DNA of 64,000 nucleotides from an uncultured delta proteobacterium (GTDB taxonomy: Bacteria; Myxococcota_A; Polyangia; Haliangiales; Haliangiaceae): positions 4,128,001-4,192,000 of the forward strand of contig CAWKDB010000010.1 of NCBI GenBank assembly GCA_963848295.1. Reading direction: 5' to 3'. Below, in pieces: positions 28,701 to 37,718 of this stretch. Position 1 is the first letter of the stretch. Every line of letters starts with the position of its first letter. Under the pieces are notes generated by a model that was given only the letters and a program-made list of their open reading frames with translations, was not told the DNA's origin and did not search any database. The position numbers and the translations under genes are program-made.

Positions 28701-29308
28701 GGCCTCAGCCGCTCGAGAAACGAGCTCTTCAGCATCTGCCCGGGGGCGAGCGTGCCGCCGTCGACGAGAAGCTGTTGCACCGCCGAGGCCCCGGCCGTGA
28801 CCTGCGCCGCGACCTGATCGGCGTGTTGTTCCGCCGCCGAGCCCTCGGCACCGACCGCGACCTTGCGCTGCGGCGCCGGTGTCGCGCCTCGCTGCTGCGC
28901 GACGTGCGTGAGCTCGTGCGCCATCAACGCTTGGTCGTGCTCGCTCTCGCCGGGCCCCAGGAAGATGTCGTTGCCGTACGCGAACGCGCGCGCGCGCATC
29001 GCGTGCACCGTTTTTTGCGACAGCGGATCTTTGTGGAACCGCGCACCGCTGACATCCACGCCGGTGTCCGCCCGCACCAGGGCCGCGAGGTCCGCGGGTA
29101 CGGGCTGTCCCTCGCCCCGCTTCTCCACCGCGAGCGTCGCGGCGTCTTCGAGATCGTTCGGGGCGCGGGCGGCGCCGAGGTCGCGCCACAACTGGGCCTC
29201 GCGGCGCGCGTGATCGGGCGCGACGCCATCGCTTCGCGGGCTCCGTCGGGCCTCGGCGACCGGGCGCTCGGCGAGCTCGGGACGATGAAGTCTCTCGCGC
29301 TCGCTCAT
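22706..29308 (-). CDS. Large DUF4157 (eCIS-core) polymorphic toxin, tip interrupted by a transposase fragment
   Basis: Two DUF4157 units (ARAFAYGNDIF...LMAHELTHVAQQ; AAAFAVGQNVV...LLAHELAHTAQQ), LQRC motif, hydrophobic helices, JAB-like E..HSHP..SAAD, C-terminal tip; reconstructed length ~2032 aa ending at 22713. Confidence 0.85.
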   Translation of the reverse strand: MSERERLHRPELAERPVAEARRSPRSDGVAPDHARREAQLWRDLGAARAPNDLEDAATLAVEKRGEGQPVPADLAALVRADTGVDVSGARFHKDPLSQKTVHAMRARAFAYGNDIFLGPGESEHDQALMAHELTHVAQQRGATPAPQRKVAVGAEGSAAEQHADQVAAQVTAGASAVQQLLVDGGTLAPGQMLKSSFLERLRPFVTAAADAELGMIGSAVACPYIAQYFAKYAALPAKSTVTLIQRWVPEARTATGAEALVPLLVARVRAGVQYWKQTHKLPPELAAADPAAAQAAETNQAPRSASDAQPIVNRKSLDGMEAELGPGRSLDHATAQRMSAVVGADVSGAKIHTGPTAAGMASEHGAAAFAVGQNVVMGSSAPTSGVAGDALLAHELAHTAQQADAHKDPDARRQPIGAEDQGAERDAGLERLGNFAGAVGDVMRTGLQLQRCQAGTVDPGPTTQAYYEQYLVQIAAGAADQLRALPFATYDDTVTWTAAGVTQFPTAMAAQITAKTDLDSLVRPELIGKLVAESRVVTEVEPASVDGGSPVSKGPDSYFPSVGTEVGNALARRIAESLQREIPRYAQAKIANGKEPGPDDVLVSHPIDPLVITALAKGNMVGIDQVKFKERHPELAGPPKLLNSSQNIQLEDVKDLPGWHRLISPATATPEEIVLALGLPSTESFRLQVAHPLYGLEDDTRGTFAEVENPIGRAAQLARSNGPEAAEAALSQAGPIDPKDARPRERILEEMRVNANVLRSSIAPIAQQFQLEEKVITAATMIEHRVSQLETQDDGDVAKWDAQSKKQSDIISRAGAGLAGDGARLDAYKAANKDSADKGTTDGLPPDHPLRQDAEMWANALLSCDLVDSAAQMIAAASRHTLTLEIEILERGLSTPQSASYQASDTTDAKQDFDTDGMGKREIEERKQLGQLRAQMMSQMLGDPSKADPKAAGTTQDARNLIFESQVAAQAAQLEHEWTSLDQAVDSWTTLGGDRRDATALKVRAKDYYAQWKAIYALIKKGEAGDKKAMDKARTDFETLAADTKFQGFLKEVQDELKTIHEDQMIVMIIAMVAITLVSMGAGSALSATLGGTALVVDGTEVVVGGIGVARNTAAVAGFLAETATFTVLSNVAFSRDHSIGALLSDFAKNLVMFGAMRGVGMGVKALGLSRLFKAGEEAGKLAKFAATAGDAIGQSMINSGIGIMTGWVEAKVKQMFGAKPMTEQEQHDAIIMAVSQAVIFSIGGRLMESPIKKLEVSAAFAGKKWQLALDGWATERKANLVMQDRVTRGGKVSAADVIEAAHRDQAQIDKEMDALEALKDAANNDKKGAKAQGINGDVLDKQMKTLNDLRANSLGAEMAMTMKQRGPNFFEAGAAEVARMRALETAEGATVVPEGERDPGTGAQTWRITPKGDNATPILVAEAVPDWAITPTGKQIVEVARRAKLDDAQIYSLTEQQRTALLALKNAVEQNNAADIAAARSHLGELSAKDQQAFIDAIDTKGTAPATPDQAATPAVEITPTMDPSAVLTRTNVAIGTKLANESTAQAVLAKLAAGDPAAFQAIGMEAPRHFDTRSVEWGIGEANGEFFIIRGEPGAVDWAGFPGVRAVAHSHPLTAGKMIKGGSTSFGELVQGGGRNGELNKVNVFPSAADVAFCARNKLAEHTVQTPYASKGGDRIGNPTPGAKEPLVQIKILQPERIGSWAGNKNVGVFKSRMIATDEHGNFVWSGDVYTVDHEALGSVVIFNEPPAGLVTGDEAGLAGPTDLQTKAGNIPPGDATRIFDTANSHSGRELAKYQDIPPDAAVRVREATRAAGVATYDSEMAKPGAKSDTAIKLAGKAADKAAKAAAKNEAQTAATNRATTEMASRKAFKGPTTDLKNRLTNYDSGTAGGAAKRLASQLDGKTQAEMEALLDLEVAGGAATRAIDPTKDPTDPTKMQDQVAYDFTDGTLIRIKPKGDKNNNPGKLTYSVEVKTATPASDQAGVSFKVDIQGDPVPKGPDDVRGEQTDRLLGNPGIDVWTLFRPWAQFVVAERKEIVVALDWTEFDGDDHATLAGYLITSHGRATPLIWMTVSKTTLKNKRNDHEYRLLERLHDCVAPDVKITVLADRGFGDQKLYRFLQTLGWDFVIRFRGAIQVEDATGTRKTANAWVPDNGRALILRGARVRDARTTRTTTERTRRSTMHTSRPSWAPATGLDHDH
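22713..22802 (-). other. Displaced natural C-terminus of the toxin (out of frame after the insertion)
   Basis: NNPYNDGTNKTQYDAYESAVMGAGHRAGP*, homologous to NNPYNAGTNKPQFRAYQDDVMSAGHKVGQ* of the orphan tip. Confidence 0.85.
22803..23299 (-). mobile_element. Internal fragment (497 bp) of an IS4-family transposase gene, no IS ends
   Basis: QTDRLLGNPGIDVW...VVALDWTEFD...HGRATPLIW...VLADRGFGD...FVIRFRG (first two Asp of the DDE triad); no terminal IRs or target duplication seen. Confidence 0.8.
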
Positions 29309-29498
29309 CGCCCCCCGGGCCAGTATACGATCGCCCGGTCAGAATATCCCCGCGATTCCAGACGATCCGGTGGATCCAGGTTGCCAAGCGGTGAGCCGTG
29401 GCCCGTGCGGTCACGCCCGACCGCACACCGAAGCGAGCCTATTCGCTGTGAGGCGACACCGCCTCGTGATCGCGCGGCCCCAGAGCGCCCGAGCCTGA

Positions 29499-29514
29499 TG
29501 GCGCGTCCGATGCA
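29499..29514 (+). promoter_or_regulatory. Putative sigma54 promoter
   Basis: tGGcgcgtccgatGCa (GG-N10-GC), then RBS GGAGG and ATG at 29536. Confidence 0.55.
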
Positions 29515-29535
29515 GCGTCACGTCTGGGAGGACGT

Positions 29536-29841
29536 ATGAAGATCAGGAAGAACCGAGTGTCCAAGCGCACCGGCGTCGCGGTCGACGCCGCCCTGGCAGC
29601 CGCGGCGCGGGGCGCGGCCCCGACCTCCGACGACGCAGCGGCCTTACCGAACGACGAGGATCGTCGCGAGACCGACGTCATCGGAAAGGCCGCCGGCGTC
29701 ATGATCGCAGACCGCAAGCCACTCGGCGGGCCCGACATGATCGAGCGACGGGATGCCCATCGTTGGGAGCTCGATCCCGCGTCGGCCGACGCGGCCGCCG
29801 CGGAGGATTCGTCACCACCGCCGTCCTCGGGGCAACGCTGA
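29536..29841 (+). CDS. Hypothetical protein
   Basis: 101-aa ORF with RBS; conserved-looking RRDAHRWELDPASAD motif; TGATG coupling to the next gene. Confidence 0.65.
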   Translation: MKIRKNRVSKRTGVAVDAALAAAARGAAPTSDDAAALPNDEDRRETDVIGKAAGVMIADRKPLGGPDMIERRDAHRWELDPASADAAAAEDSSPPPSSGQR

Positions 29842-30624
29842 TGCTGCGCCTCTTGGAGGACGAGCTGCGAGGGTTTCAGATCGACGCCAGGGACGGCATC
29901 ATCGGTCACGTCGTCGGCGTGTACTTCGACGACGATGCGTGGACGGTCCGCTACCTCGTGGTCAATACCGGCAGCTGGCTCGACGCGCGCGAGGTACTGA
30001 TCTCGCCGATCAGCCTGAGTGCGACCGACGGCCTGAGACGCACGCTCGTGGCGCGCTTGACCAAGAAGCAGGTCGAGGACAGTCCGTCGATCGATCTCGC
30101 GAAGCCCGTCTCCCGCCAGCAGGAGTCGGAGGTTAGCGCCCATTACGGCTGGCCTACGTACTGGAACACCGGTCTATGGGAGAGCCACGTTCCCGAGACG
30201 ATGGCGGTGATGGAAGCGACCGCCGAACGAACCGCCACCTCCCCGCACCGACGGCGATCCTCATCTGAGAAGCAGTCGCGAGGTGATCGGGTATCACCTC
30301 CATGCGATCGACGGCACGTTGGGGCACGTCGAGGATCTCGCCATCGACGACGAGACCTGGACGGTTCGCTACCTGTCGGTGGCCACCTCGAGCTGGTGGC
30401 CCGGCGGGCACGTCCTGATCTCGCCGCGCTGGATCCGTGCGGTGCGATGGACCGAGCGCAGGGTCGACGTCGCGGTGACCAGAGACGTGATCGAGCACAG
30501 CCCGACGTGGACTCATACCTATCCGATCACGCAGGACTACGAGGACAGGCTGCTCGATTACTACCGCAAGCGCGAAGCCTGGTCGATCGATCGTCGCTCG
30601 ATCGAGCCAAGCCCGCCTCGCTGA
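29841..30624 (+). pseudogene. Tandem PRC-barrel domain protein, frameshifted at ~30210-30245 (possibly a sequencing error)
   Basis: Two PRC units (ARDGIIGHV..YFDDDAWTVRYLVV; DPHLRSSREVIGYHLHAIDGTLGHVED...WTVRYL) in different frames. Confidence 0.8.
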
Positions 30625-30680
30625 TGGCCTCATCGACCATCTCCATACCGTCGCGTTACGCTATCGCCAATAGCGTGTAG

Positions 30681-30812
30681 TTACGGCATCCGGTTCCCTG
30701 AATTCTGGCCGGGCTCGATGCCACCAGCGACCGCCACCAGGCCCTTGACGGTGATCTGCTTGATCGCCTTCTTGTTGATCGTGACCTTTTTCGGCCGACT
30801 GGTCTTCTTCAT
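30681..30812 (-). CDS. 43-aa double-glycine-leader peptide (RiPP or signalling precursor candidate)
   Basis: MKKTSRPKKVTINKKAIKQITVKGLVAVAGG-IEPGQNSGNRMP*; not in the ORF track; sigma54 motif 14 nt upstream. Confidence 0.75.
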   Translation of the reverse strand: MKKTSRPKKVTINKKAIKQITVKGLVAVAGGIEPGQNSGNRMP

Positions 30813-30824
30813 GCGCCGGAATAG

Positions 30825-30840
30825 AGCACGCCGTGTGCCA
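30825..30840 (-). promoter_or_regulatory. Putative sigma54 promoter of the peptide gene
   Basis: Minus strand TGGCACacggcgTGCT, close to the consensus TGGCAC-N5-TTGC. Confidence 0.7.
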
Positions 30841-30857
30841 GCGACTCGGCAGGTGGA

Positions 30858-33800
30858 TTGGCCCGCGCCGCGCGATCCTCCGGTCGCACTTCACTTGAAG
30901 TGCGATCTTCAAGTAACGATCGCCTCGACCACCCCCCCGGTTCCAGCTGCGGCACAATCACCTCGTTGCCCGACAGCGGTCGTGTAGTTGGCGAGTTCGT
31001 CCTCGAAGAGCAGATCGGGGGCGGTGGCGGCGGAAGTGTGTTCCGCGCGTACCAACCCGTGTTGCAGCGCAACGCGGTCGTAAAACTCCTTCACGCGAAC
31101 GGAGAACAGGCGCTCGTCGATCAGTTCCTCCGCGAGGCGCGCCTCGCCTCGCGGCTGGACCATCCGTTCGCGGCGCACGTCTACGCGTTCGGCGCCGAAG
31201 CCGACGGCCTGCTGTGGATCGCGATGGAGATCGTCCGTGGAACGCCGCTGTCGGAGTTGTTAGCCGGCGGACCCTTGGACCGCGGTCTCGCGTTCGTCGA
31301 GCGGGTCTGTGAGGTCGTGCAGTCGACGCACGAGCTCGGCATCATCCACGGCGATCTGAAGCCATCGAACATCATGGTGATCTCGCGGGTGGGCAGCTTG
31401 TTCCCCAAGCTGATCGACTTCGGAATCGCCCGCGACTCGAGTGATCGCACGAGCGGCGGGCTCGGCACGCCGGCGTACATGGCGCCCGAACAATGGGTGT
31501 CCGGCCAGACGCTCACACCGGCGACCGACGTCTACGCGCTCGGCGCACTCACGTTCGAGATCCTCACCGGCAACCCGCCCTTCACGGGGCGCTCGAGGAT
31601 GGAGCTCGCGACCCACCATGCGCGCAGTGCGCCGCCGACGCTGCCGGCGGAATTTCCGAGCCGCATCAGCGCCGCGATCACGAAGGCGATGGCGAAGCAG
31701 CCGGCCGAGCGTTTTGCCAGTGCGGTCGAGTTCGCGCGGGCGTTGAACGCAGGCTCCGAGGAGGCGTTGGCCGCGATCCACGTGCCGCGAATCGACGAGC
31801 TGACACGCGACGATGCGCTGCTCGGCGCCCCGGAGCCGATCGCGGAGGCCGTCGCGCGCCTCGATGCGGCGAGCGATCCCGAGAGCGCTTATGCAGCGAT
31901 GCGGCGGCTAGTCGAGACCATCGCCCAGTACATCGGTGTCGTCGCCCTCGGTTGCCGCGCGCGCGTGCGCGCCGGAGCGATCGCGAGCGAACACACGACC
32001 GCACTGCTCCGCGAGCTCCGCACCAGCGGACTCGACGCGCGCGGTTGGTGGCGGTTGGCCCGCGAGCTCGTGCGTCCGTTCGCGGTGATTCGCGACGTTC
32101 ATCCCGTGCCGGAGCTCGTCGGGCTATTCTTCGACGGCCGCGCCGAGATCATGACTGCGCTCGACCTGGTGTTTGCCGAGGGTGGCTCGGCCATCGCACC
32201 CAATCGCGAGGTCGCCGAGGCCGCGCTCGCGCGGATCGTGCCGATGGTCGGCGTCGCGCTGCGCACGCTCCGCAGGTTCGACGACTATCGCCTCGTCGTC
32301 CCGATGCGCGCGCGTGCTCAGCTGTGGGTCGGCGTTCGCCGGCGAGACCGACTGGTCGTGGATCTCGGCCGCCAGCTCGAACGCCCTGCGCTCGTCGGAC
32401 GCGAGAACACGATCGTGGTGGACCTCGGCGACGTGGTGACGGTCGCCGAGCCTGCTCCTGGCGCGCCACGCGAGCTGTTCTTCCTCGACGGCCCTGGTCG
32501 CAGCGGCGCTCGGTTTCGCGCGATCCGTCGGAGCTCGAGCACGACGTGGCCGGGACATGGGAGCGGATGGGCATCGCGGCGGACGCGGGAAGCGACGACG
32601 GGCGGGCCGAGGTCGAGTCGCCGTACATGGGACTCTCGACGTTCACCGAGAAGCAGTCCGCGTTGTTCTTCGGGCGCGAACGCGAGCTCGAAGAGATGCT
32701 CAATCGGCTGCAAACGCAAGCGTTCCTCTGCGTCGTCGGTCCTTCGGGCGCGGGCAAGAGCTCGTTCGTGCAAGCGGGTCTGTTCCCGGCGCTCGGCGCC
32801 GAGTGGCGGACAATCGTGCTCCGGCCCGGCCCGTTGCCGGTGACGAACCTCGCGGCGCAGATCGCGGCGGCAACCGGCCGGCCGTTGTCGCCGGACCAGC
32901 TGCGAGAACACCCGAGCACGCTCGTCGCGCATCTCGAGCCGTTGCTCGCGCGCTCGCACGTGCTCCTGTTCGTCGACCAGTTCGAGGAGCTGTTCACCCT
33001 GTCGGCCGATCCAGCTGGGCAGGAGGCGTTCGCGTCGGCACTGATGGAGACCGCGTCGGCCAACGATCGACTCCGCGTGGTCGTGACGTTGCGCGACGAT
33101 TTTCTCGTTCGCGCGGCGCAACTGGCGGCGCTGCGCGCGATCGGCGCATCTCTCCAGATCCTGTCGACGCCAATGCCCGACAACCTGATGCGCATCCTGG
33201 TCGAACCCGCGCGACGCGGCGGCTACGCATTCGAGGACGACGAGTTCCCCACCGAGATCGTGTCCGAGGTCTCGGGGCAGCCCGGCGCGCTCGCGCTATT
33301 GTCGTTCACCGCGTCGAGGCTATGGGAGCTGCGCGATCGCCAGGCCAAACAACTCACGCGCCGCGCCTATCGCGGCCTCGGCGGTGTCGGAGGTGCGCTA
33401 GCGCAGCACGCCGAATCCGTGCTGGGCGGCATGCCGGACGCACAGCAACGCGTGGTGCGCGAGCTGTTCCGTCACCTCGTGACAGCGGAAGGCACCCGCG
33501 CGGTGCTCAGCCGCGACGAGTTGCTCCAAGTCGGCGGCGGGCCCGTGGCGAACCCGGTCGTGGAGGCGCTGATCAACGAGCGCCTGTTGACGGCGATGGA
33601 GAGCCCCGGCGGCGAGAGCATCGAGGTCGTCCACGAGACGCTTATCATCAGCTGGCCTCGGCTCGTCCAATGGCGATCGCAAGATGCCGAGAACGCGCGG
33701 CTTCGCGACCAGCTGCGGGCAGCCGCACGGCAATGGGACGACCGCGGACGGTCGCGCGGGATGTTGTGGCGCGCGGATGCTGTTACCGAGTATCGGCTGT

Positions 33801-36212
33801 GGCGCAATCGCTATCCAGGCTCGCTAACTGCCGTCGAGGAGGCCTTCGGGGCGGCGAGCATCGCCGACACGAATCGCGGGCGACGGGTGCGGCGCGGGCT
33901 GTTGATCGCCGGCGTGGCTGCGCTCATCGTGGCTCTGATCGTGTTCGCGGGGCTGCGCAGCGCGGCGCAAAGCAGCCGAGCGCGCGCGCAAGAGCAATTG
34001 ATCGAGTCGTACTTAGATCAAGCCGAGCGCGAGCTCGCGATCGGCGACTCGTTCGGCGGGTTGACGTTCCTCGACGGTGCAATGCATCTCGGCGCCGACT
34101 CGAGCGAGCTGCGCTTCATGCTCGCACGAGCCCTCGAGGCGGTCACGCCGGAGCTCGTCACCCTGCATGGTCACGACGGCGCGGTCGCGCACCTCGCGTT
34201 CGGCGCCGACGGCTCTCTCGTCACCGTCGGACGAGATGGGACGCTGCGCCGGTGGTCGGCGGCGGGCGCGCAACTCTGGAGCGTGCAAGCGCATCCGAAA
34301 CGGTCCTTCCCGCTCGTCGCGGTAGATCCAAAAGGCAAATGGATCGCCTCGGCTACCGAGGGGGCGATCTCGTTGTGGACCTACGACGGCCGGTTGGTGC
34401 GTCACCTTGAAGGCCATGTTGGCCCGCTCGTCCAGCTCGCGTTCACCGCAGACGGTCAGGATCTCGTGTCCGGGGGATTCGACGGAACCGTCCGAGTCTG
34501 GGATCTCTCGTCTTCGACCGTCCGCGTGCTCGACACGAAGACCGCAGGACGCACGTCGTTCGCGTGGGCGGGTGATCGGCTGGTCATCGCGGCGTCGACG
34601 CCGGACGGCCGCGACTCGATGTTCGGTACGTGGACGCGCGGCGACGCGGCTGGTTTGCAGTCGACGCTCATCGCGGGCCCTGGCGCCTCGGGGTCGGACA
34701 ACACGCCGATGACGGCCGCGGTCTCGGCAGATGGTCGAAAGGTCGCCGTCGGCATGCTCTCCGGCGGGATCGAGCTTTGGGACACGGTGTCGCGCACGAG
34801 GCTGTTCAGGCTTTCCGGCCACGAGGGCATGATCACGTTCGTGGTATTTCGCGCCGATGGCGCGCTCGTGTCGGGAAGCAGCGACGCCACCATCCGCGTC
34901 TGGGACACCGGGACGGGGGCGCTGCTCCGCACGCTGCGGGGCCATCACGATGTGATCGTGAGGGGCCTGCTCGATGTCTCGGGCCATCTCGTCACGAGCT
35001 CGGCTGATGGAACGGCGAAGATCTGGGACACCTACTCCGGCACGTTGCTCAAGACGTTCGCACACGGCGGCCTCGTCGACGTCGCGGTCTCGAGTGACGG
35101 CGAGCGGATCGCGACCGCGAGCCCGTTCGGAACGACCAAGATTTGGCGGACCACGGGTCCCGAGGGCGTGGAGATCCTCTCCGGCCCGAGGCGAGATTCC
35201 ACCTACACCGCACCGTGGTTATCGGACGACGGCAGTCGATTGCTGCGAACGGGAACCGGCGGCGGAGAGCTCTGGGACCTGCGGAAGCGAAGACTCCTCG
35301 TTCGGATTGGCGGACCGACCACGATCATCGCCGGCGGCGGCGACCGAGCCTACTTTGCCGACGGCAGCTCTATCACCGTGTCACGGCTGAGCGACGGAAC
35401 CGCGATTCGCACGATCACCGCGCCGTTCGAGATCGCCGCGATGTGCGTCGACCCGAGCTCGGGTTCGCTCGTGGTCGCGAGCGGGGCGCCCGCTCGTCTC
35501 GCGATCGTCGGCGCGGACCGATTGACGGTCGTGGATTCGAACGTCGATGGGAATATTGTCTTGGCATGCGAGCCGCGCGGTGTCGCGGCGTTCGGCACGA
35601 ACGTGGCGTTCTTCGCGCTGCCCGAGCTTCGACGGCTGCACGAGGAGCGACTACCGGAATAGACGGTGTCCGAGTTGGTGCCGAGGGCTCGGCATCGCGG
35701 GCCAGTCGGCAACCGCGGACCTCGCGCTGTGGACGTTGGGCACTCGCGTCGCGACTCTGCCAGGTTCGTGGGATGTGGAGTCGGTCGCTGCCAATCCCGA
35801 CACCGTGGTCGTCGGCCACGCCGATGGGACCATGGTCGAATGGGATCGTCACTCGTGGACCGCGACTGCCGAAGTCCACGCCGATCACTCGGGGATCTTC
35901 GGGCTGGCTGCCACCTCGAAGATGATCGCCTCGTTGTCCTTGAGCTCACTCAAGCTGTGGCGCGTCGGTGCGAAGCGCCCGATGTTCGAGACTGGCACGC
36001 TTCGGGATGCGTACTGGACGCGCTTTGCAGGCGACTCCGTGATCGTGACCGATGGCAACTACGTCGCGCTTCGGTCGATTCGCGAGAGCGCGCTGACACC
36101 GCACGAGCTCGCGGTCCTGGTCGCATGCAAGGTCCCGGATAGTATCCGTGAACAGCTAGGTGGTCCGCCGCCATCGGCGACGTGCCCCGAACCAGTCAGC
36201 AACCCGAAATAG
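30858..36212 (+). pseudogene. Ser/Thr kinase - nSTAND1 NTPase - TM - WD40 protein, split by three 1-nt frameshifts (probably intact, ~1,780 aa)
   Basis: HGDLKPSN, DFG and APE; SPYMGLSTF...FFGRE, GPSGAGKSS, VDQFEELF; TM helix; GH...WD repeats; breaks at ~32525, ~35656 and ~35691; start 30858 or 30900. Confidence 0.85.
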
Positions 36213-37718
36213 TCAGCGTCGCGTGCGCATCCCTTGCAGGGGGTGCAGACCGACCACCGGCACTCGTTCGGCCAGTGCCGCGAGTGATGCCATCCAGGCT
36301 CTGACCTCGTTGTCTTGCGGATGCGCGCGCTCGATGTCTTGTCGATACGCAGCAAATCGTCGGCCGTGGTCCGAGCTCGAGCTCAGGTCGACGGTAGGTC
36401 GCTTCACGCCGGCCCAGACAAACGCCGCGATCGGGATGAATGCTTTGGGTTTGAGCATGCTGATCCAGCGCGCCGCGTCTCGCGCGGTGGGGTGATATCG
36501 GATGAGCTCTGGGCGATGCAGCAGCTCGTTGGAAAACTTGCGGTACCAGCCCGCCATCGCCGGGGGGGACCAACACAGTCCCGATGAGCCACAGGCGAAG
36601 TAGTCGATGCCCCGCTTCGCGATCCGATCGTTGGTTTCGTCCATCCCTGTGGTCTCGTCGTTACAGGCGTCACCGGAGCTATAGAGCTTTCGCCCGCCGA
36701 ACTCCGCGATGACACCAAACGCATCGAAGCGCGAGTCGATACCGAACGGTTCGCCGTAAGACGGAGCAAACGTCAGCGCGACGTCGCCTACCTCGACGCG
36801 ATCCCACGGATCGACCTCACGAACGTTCGTGAAACCCCACAGCTTCAGATACGCGCGCAGGGGCGGGTTCGCGAACGTGCCGTGGCGGCAACGCGGGACA
36901 TAGATGCGCTTGTCTCGTGCTATCCGTAGCAGCGTCGATGGGTTCGTGTGGTCCCAATGGTGATGAGTGAGGAGCACCGCATCGGCGGATCCGACGAGCG
37001 CGAACGAGCGAGGGTCGAATCTGCCTCGCTCGGTCGCGCTTAGCGCCGGATCGATCACGATCGAGCTCGTCTTCCCACGCACGAACATCGCTGAGTGCCC
37101 CAAGAAGACGAAGTCGGGAGCTCGATCGATCGCGCGGACTTGTCGCTTCACCGGTCTGAGACAGCCATTGGCGAGAAACAGCTCGAACAATGTCTCTTGC
37201 GGCCCGCAGCCGACGATCGCGGCACGAATCTCGGCTTCGGTGTGGGTTCCGTTGAGCCACGGTAGCAGCTGCATCGCCGTCGATACCGAGGATCCCGGCA
37301 CACGCGCGACAAAACCATCCTCGACACACAGATACCAGTCGTCATCTTCGAGCGCGGAAGATCTGAATGTCGCGGGCGCTCGAGTCTCGATACTCCAGAT
37401 CCCCTTTGCACTGGAGAACGAGTACATCGAGCGAGCTTTGCAGGCGCGATAGAGGCGACGCGCTTGCGCGGTCGACGGGAACGGCGTGTCGAGCGTCTTG
37501 AGCTCGGCTATGATACGGCTCGCGACCGAGATCGTACCTCGAGGAAAAAAAATGCCGGAAGGCGCTGTCGCACGGTGAAACCACAGCCGGAGCTGTGCGA
37601 AGTCGGCGTTGCCGGCGCGATTCGCGTAGCGCTGGAATGCACGAAAATCGTTTCCTTTGACGAGCAGGATGTTGGCCGGCTCGACGATTCCCAATGCGAG
37701 GAACAGCGGGTCGGCCAT
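36213..37718 (-). CDS. Metallo-beta-lactamase-fold enzyme, CmlA-like diiron hydroxylase candidate with a wHTH/RRE-like segment
   Basis: FLGHSA...IDP...THHHWDH; IYVPR...ANPPLRAYLKLWGFTNVREVD; PSYGEP; N-terminal LLPWLNGTHTEAEI...LFLANGCL; TGATG coupling to the JmjC gene. Confidence 0.8.
   Translation of the reverse strand: MADPLFLALGIVEPANILLVKGNDFRAFQRYANRAGNADFAQLRLWFHRATAPSGIFFPRGTISVASRIIAELKTLDTPFPSTAQARRLYRACKARSMYSFSSAKGIWSIETRAPATFRSSALEDDDWYLCVEDGFVARVPGSSVSTAMQLLPWLNGTHTEAEIRAAIVGCGPQETLFELFLANGCLRPVKRQVRAIDRAPDFVFLGHSAMFVRGKTSSIVIDPALSATERGRFDPRSFALVGSADAVLLTHHHWDHTNPSTLLRIARDKRIYVPRCRHGTFANPPLRAYLKLWGFTNVREVDPWDRVEVGDVALTFAPSYGEPFGIDSRFDAFGVIAEFGGRKLYSSGDACNDETTGMDETNDRIAKRGIDYFACGSSGLCWSPPAMAGWYRKFSNELLHRPELIRYHPTARDAARWISMLKPKAFIPIAAFVWAGVKRPTVDLSSSSDHGRRFAAYRQDIERAHPQDNEVRAWMASLAALAERVPVVGLHPLQGMRTRR

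Noticed and set aside
25625..29539. 1304-aa + strand ORF and other long antisense or alternate-frame ORFs (e.g. 12055-14289, 5927-7576, 26715-29426)
   Set aside because: Arg/Ala-rich shadow frames of real genes in high-GC DNA, with no motifs.
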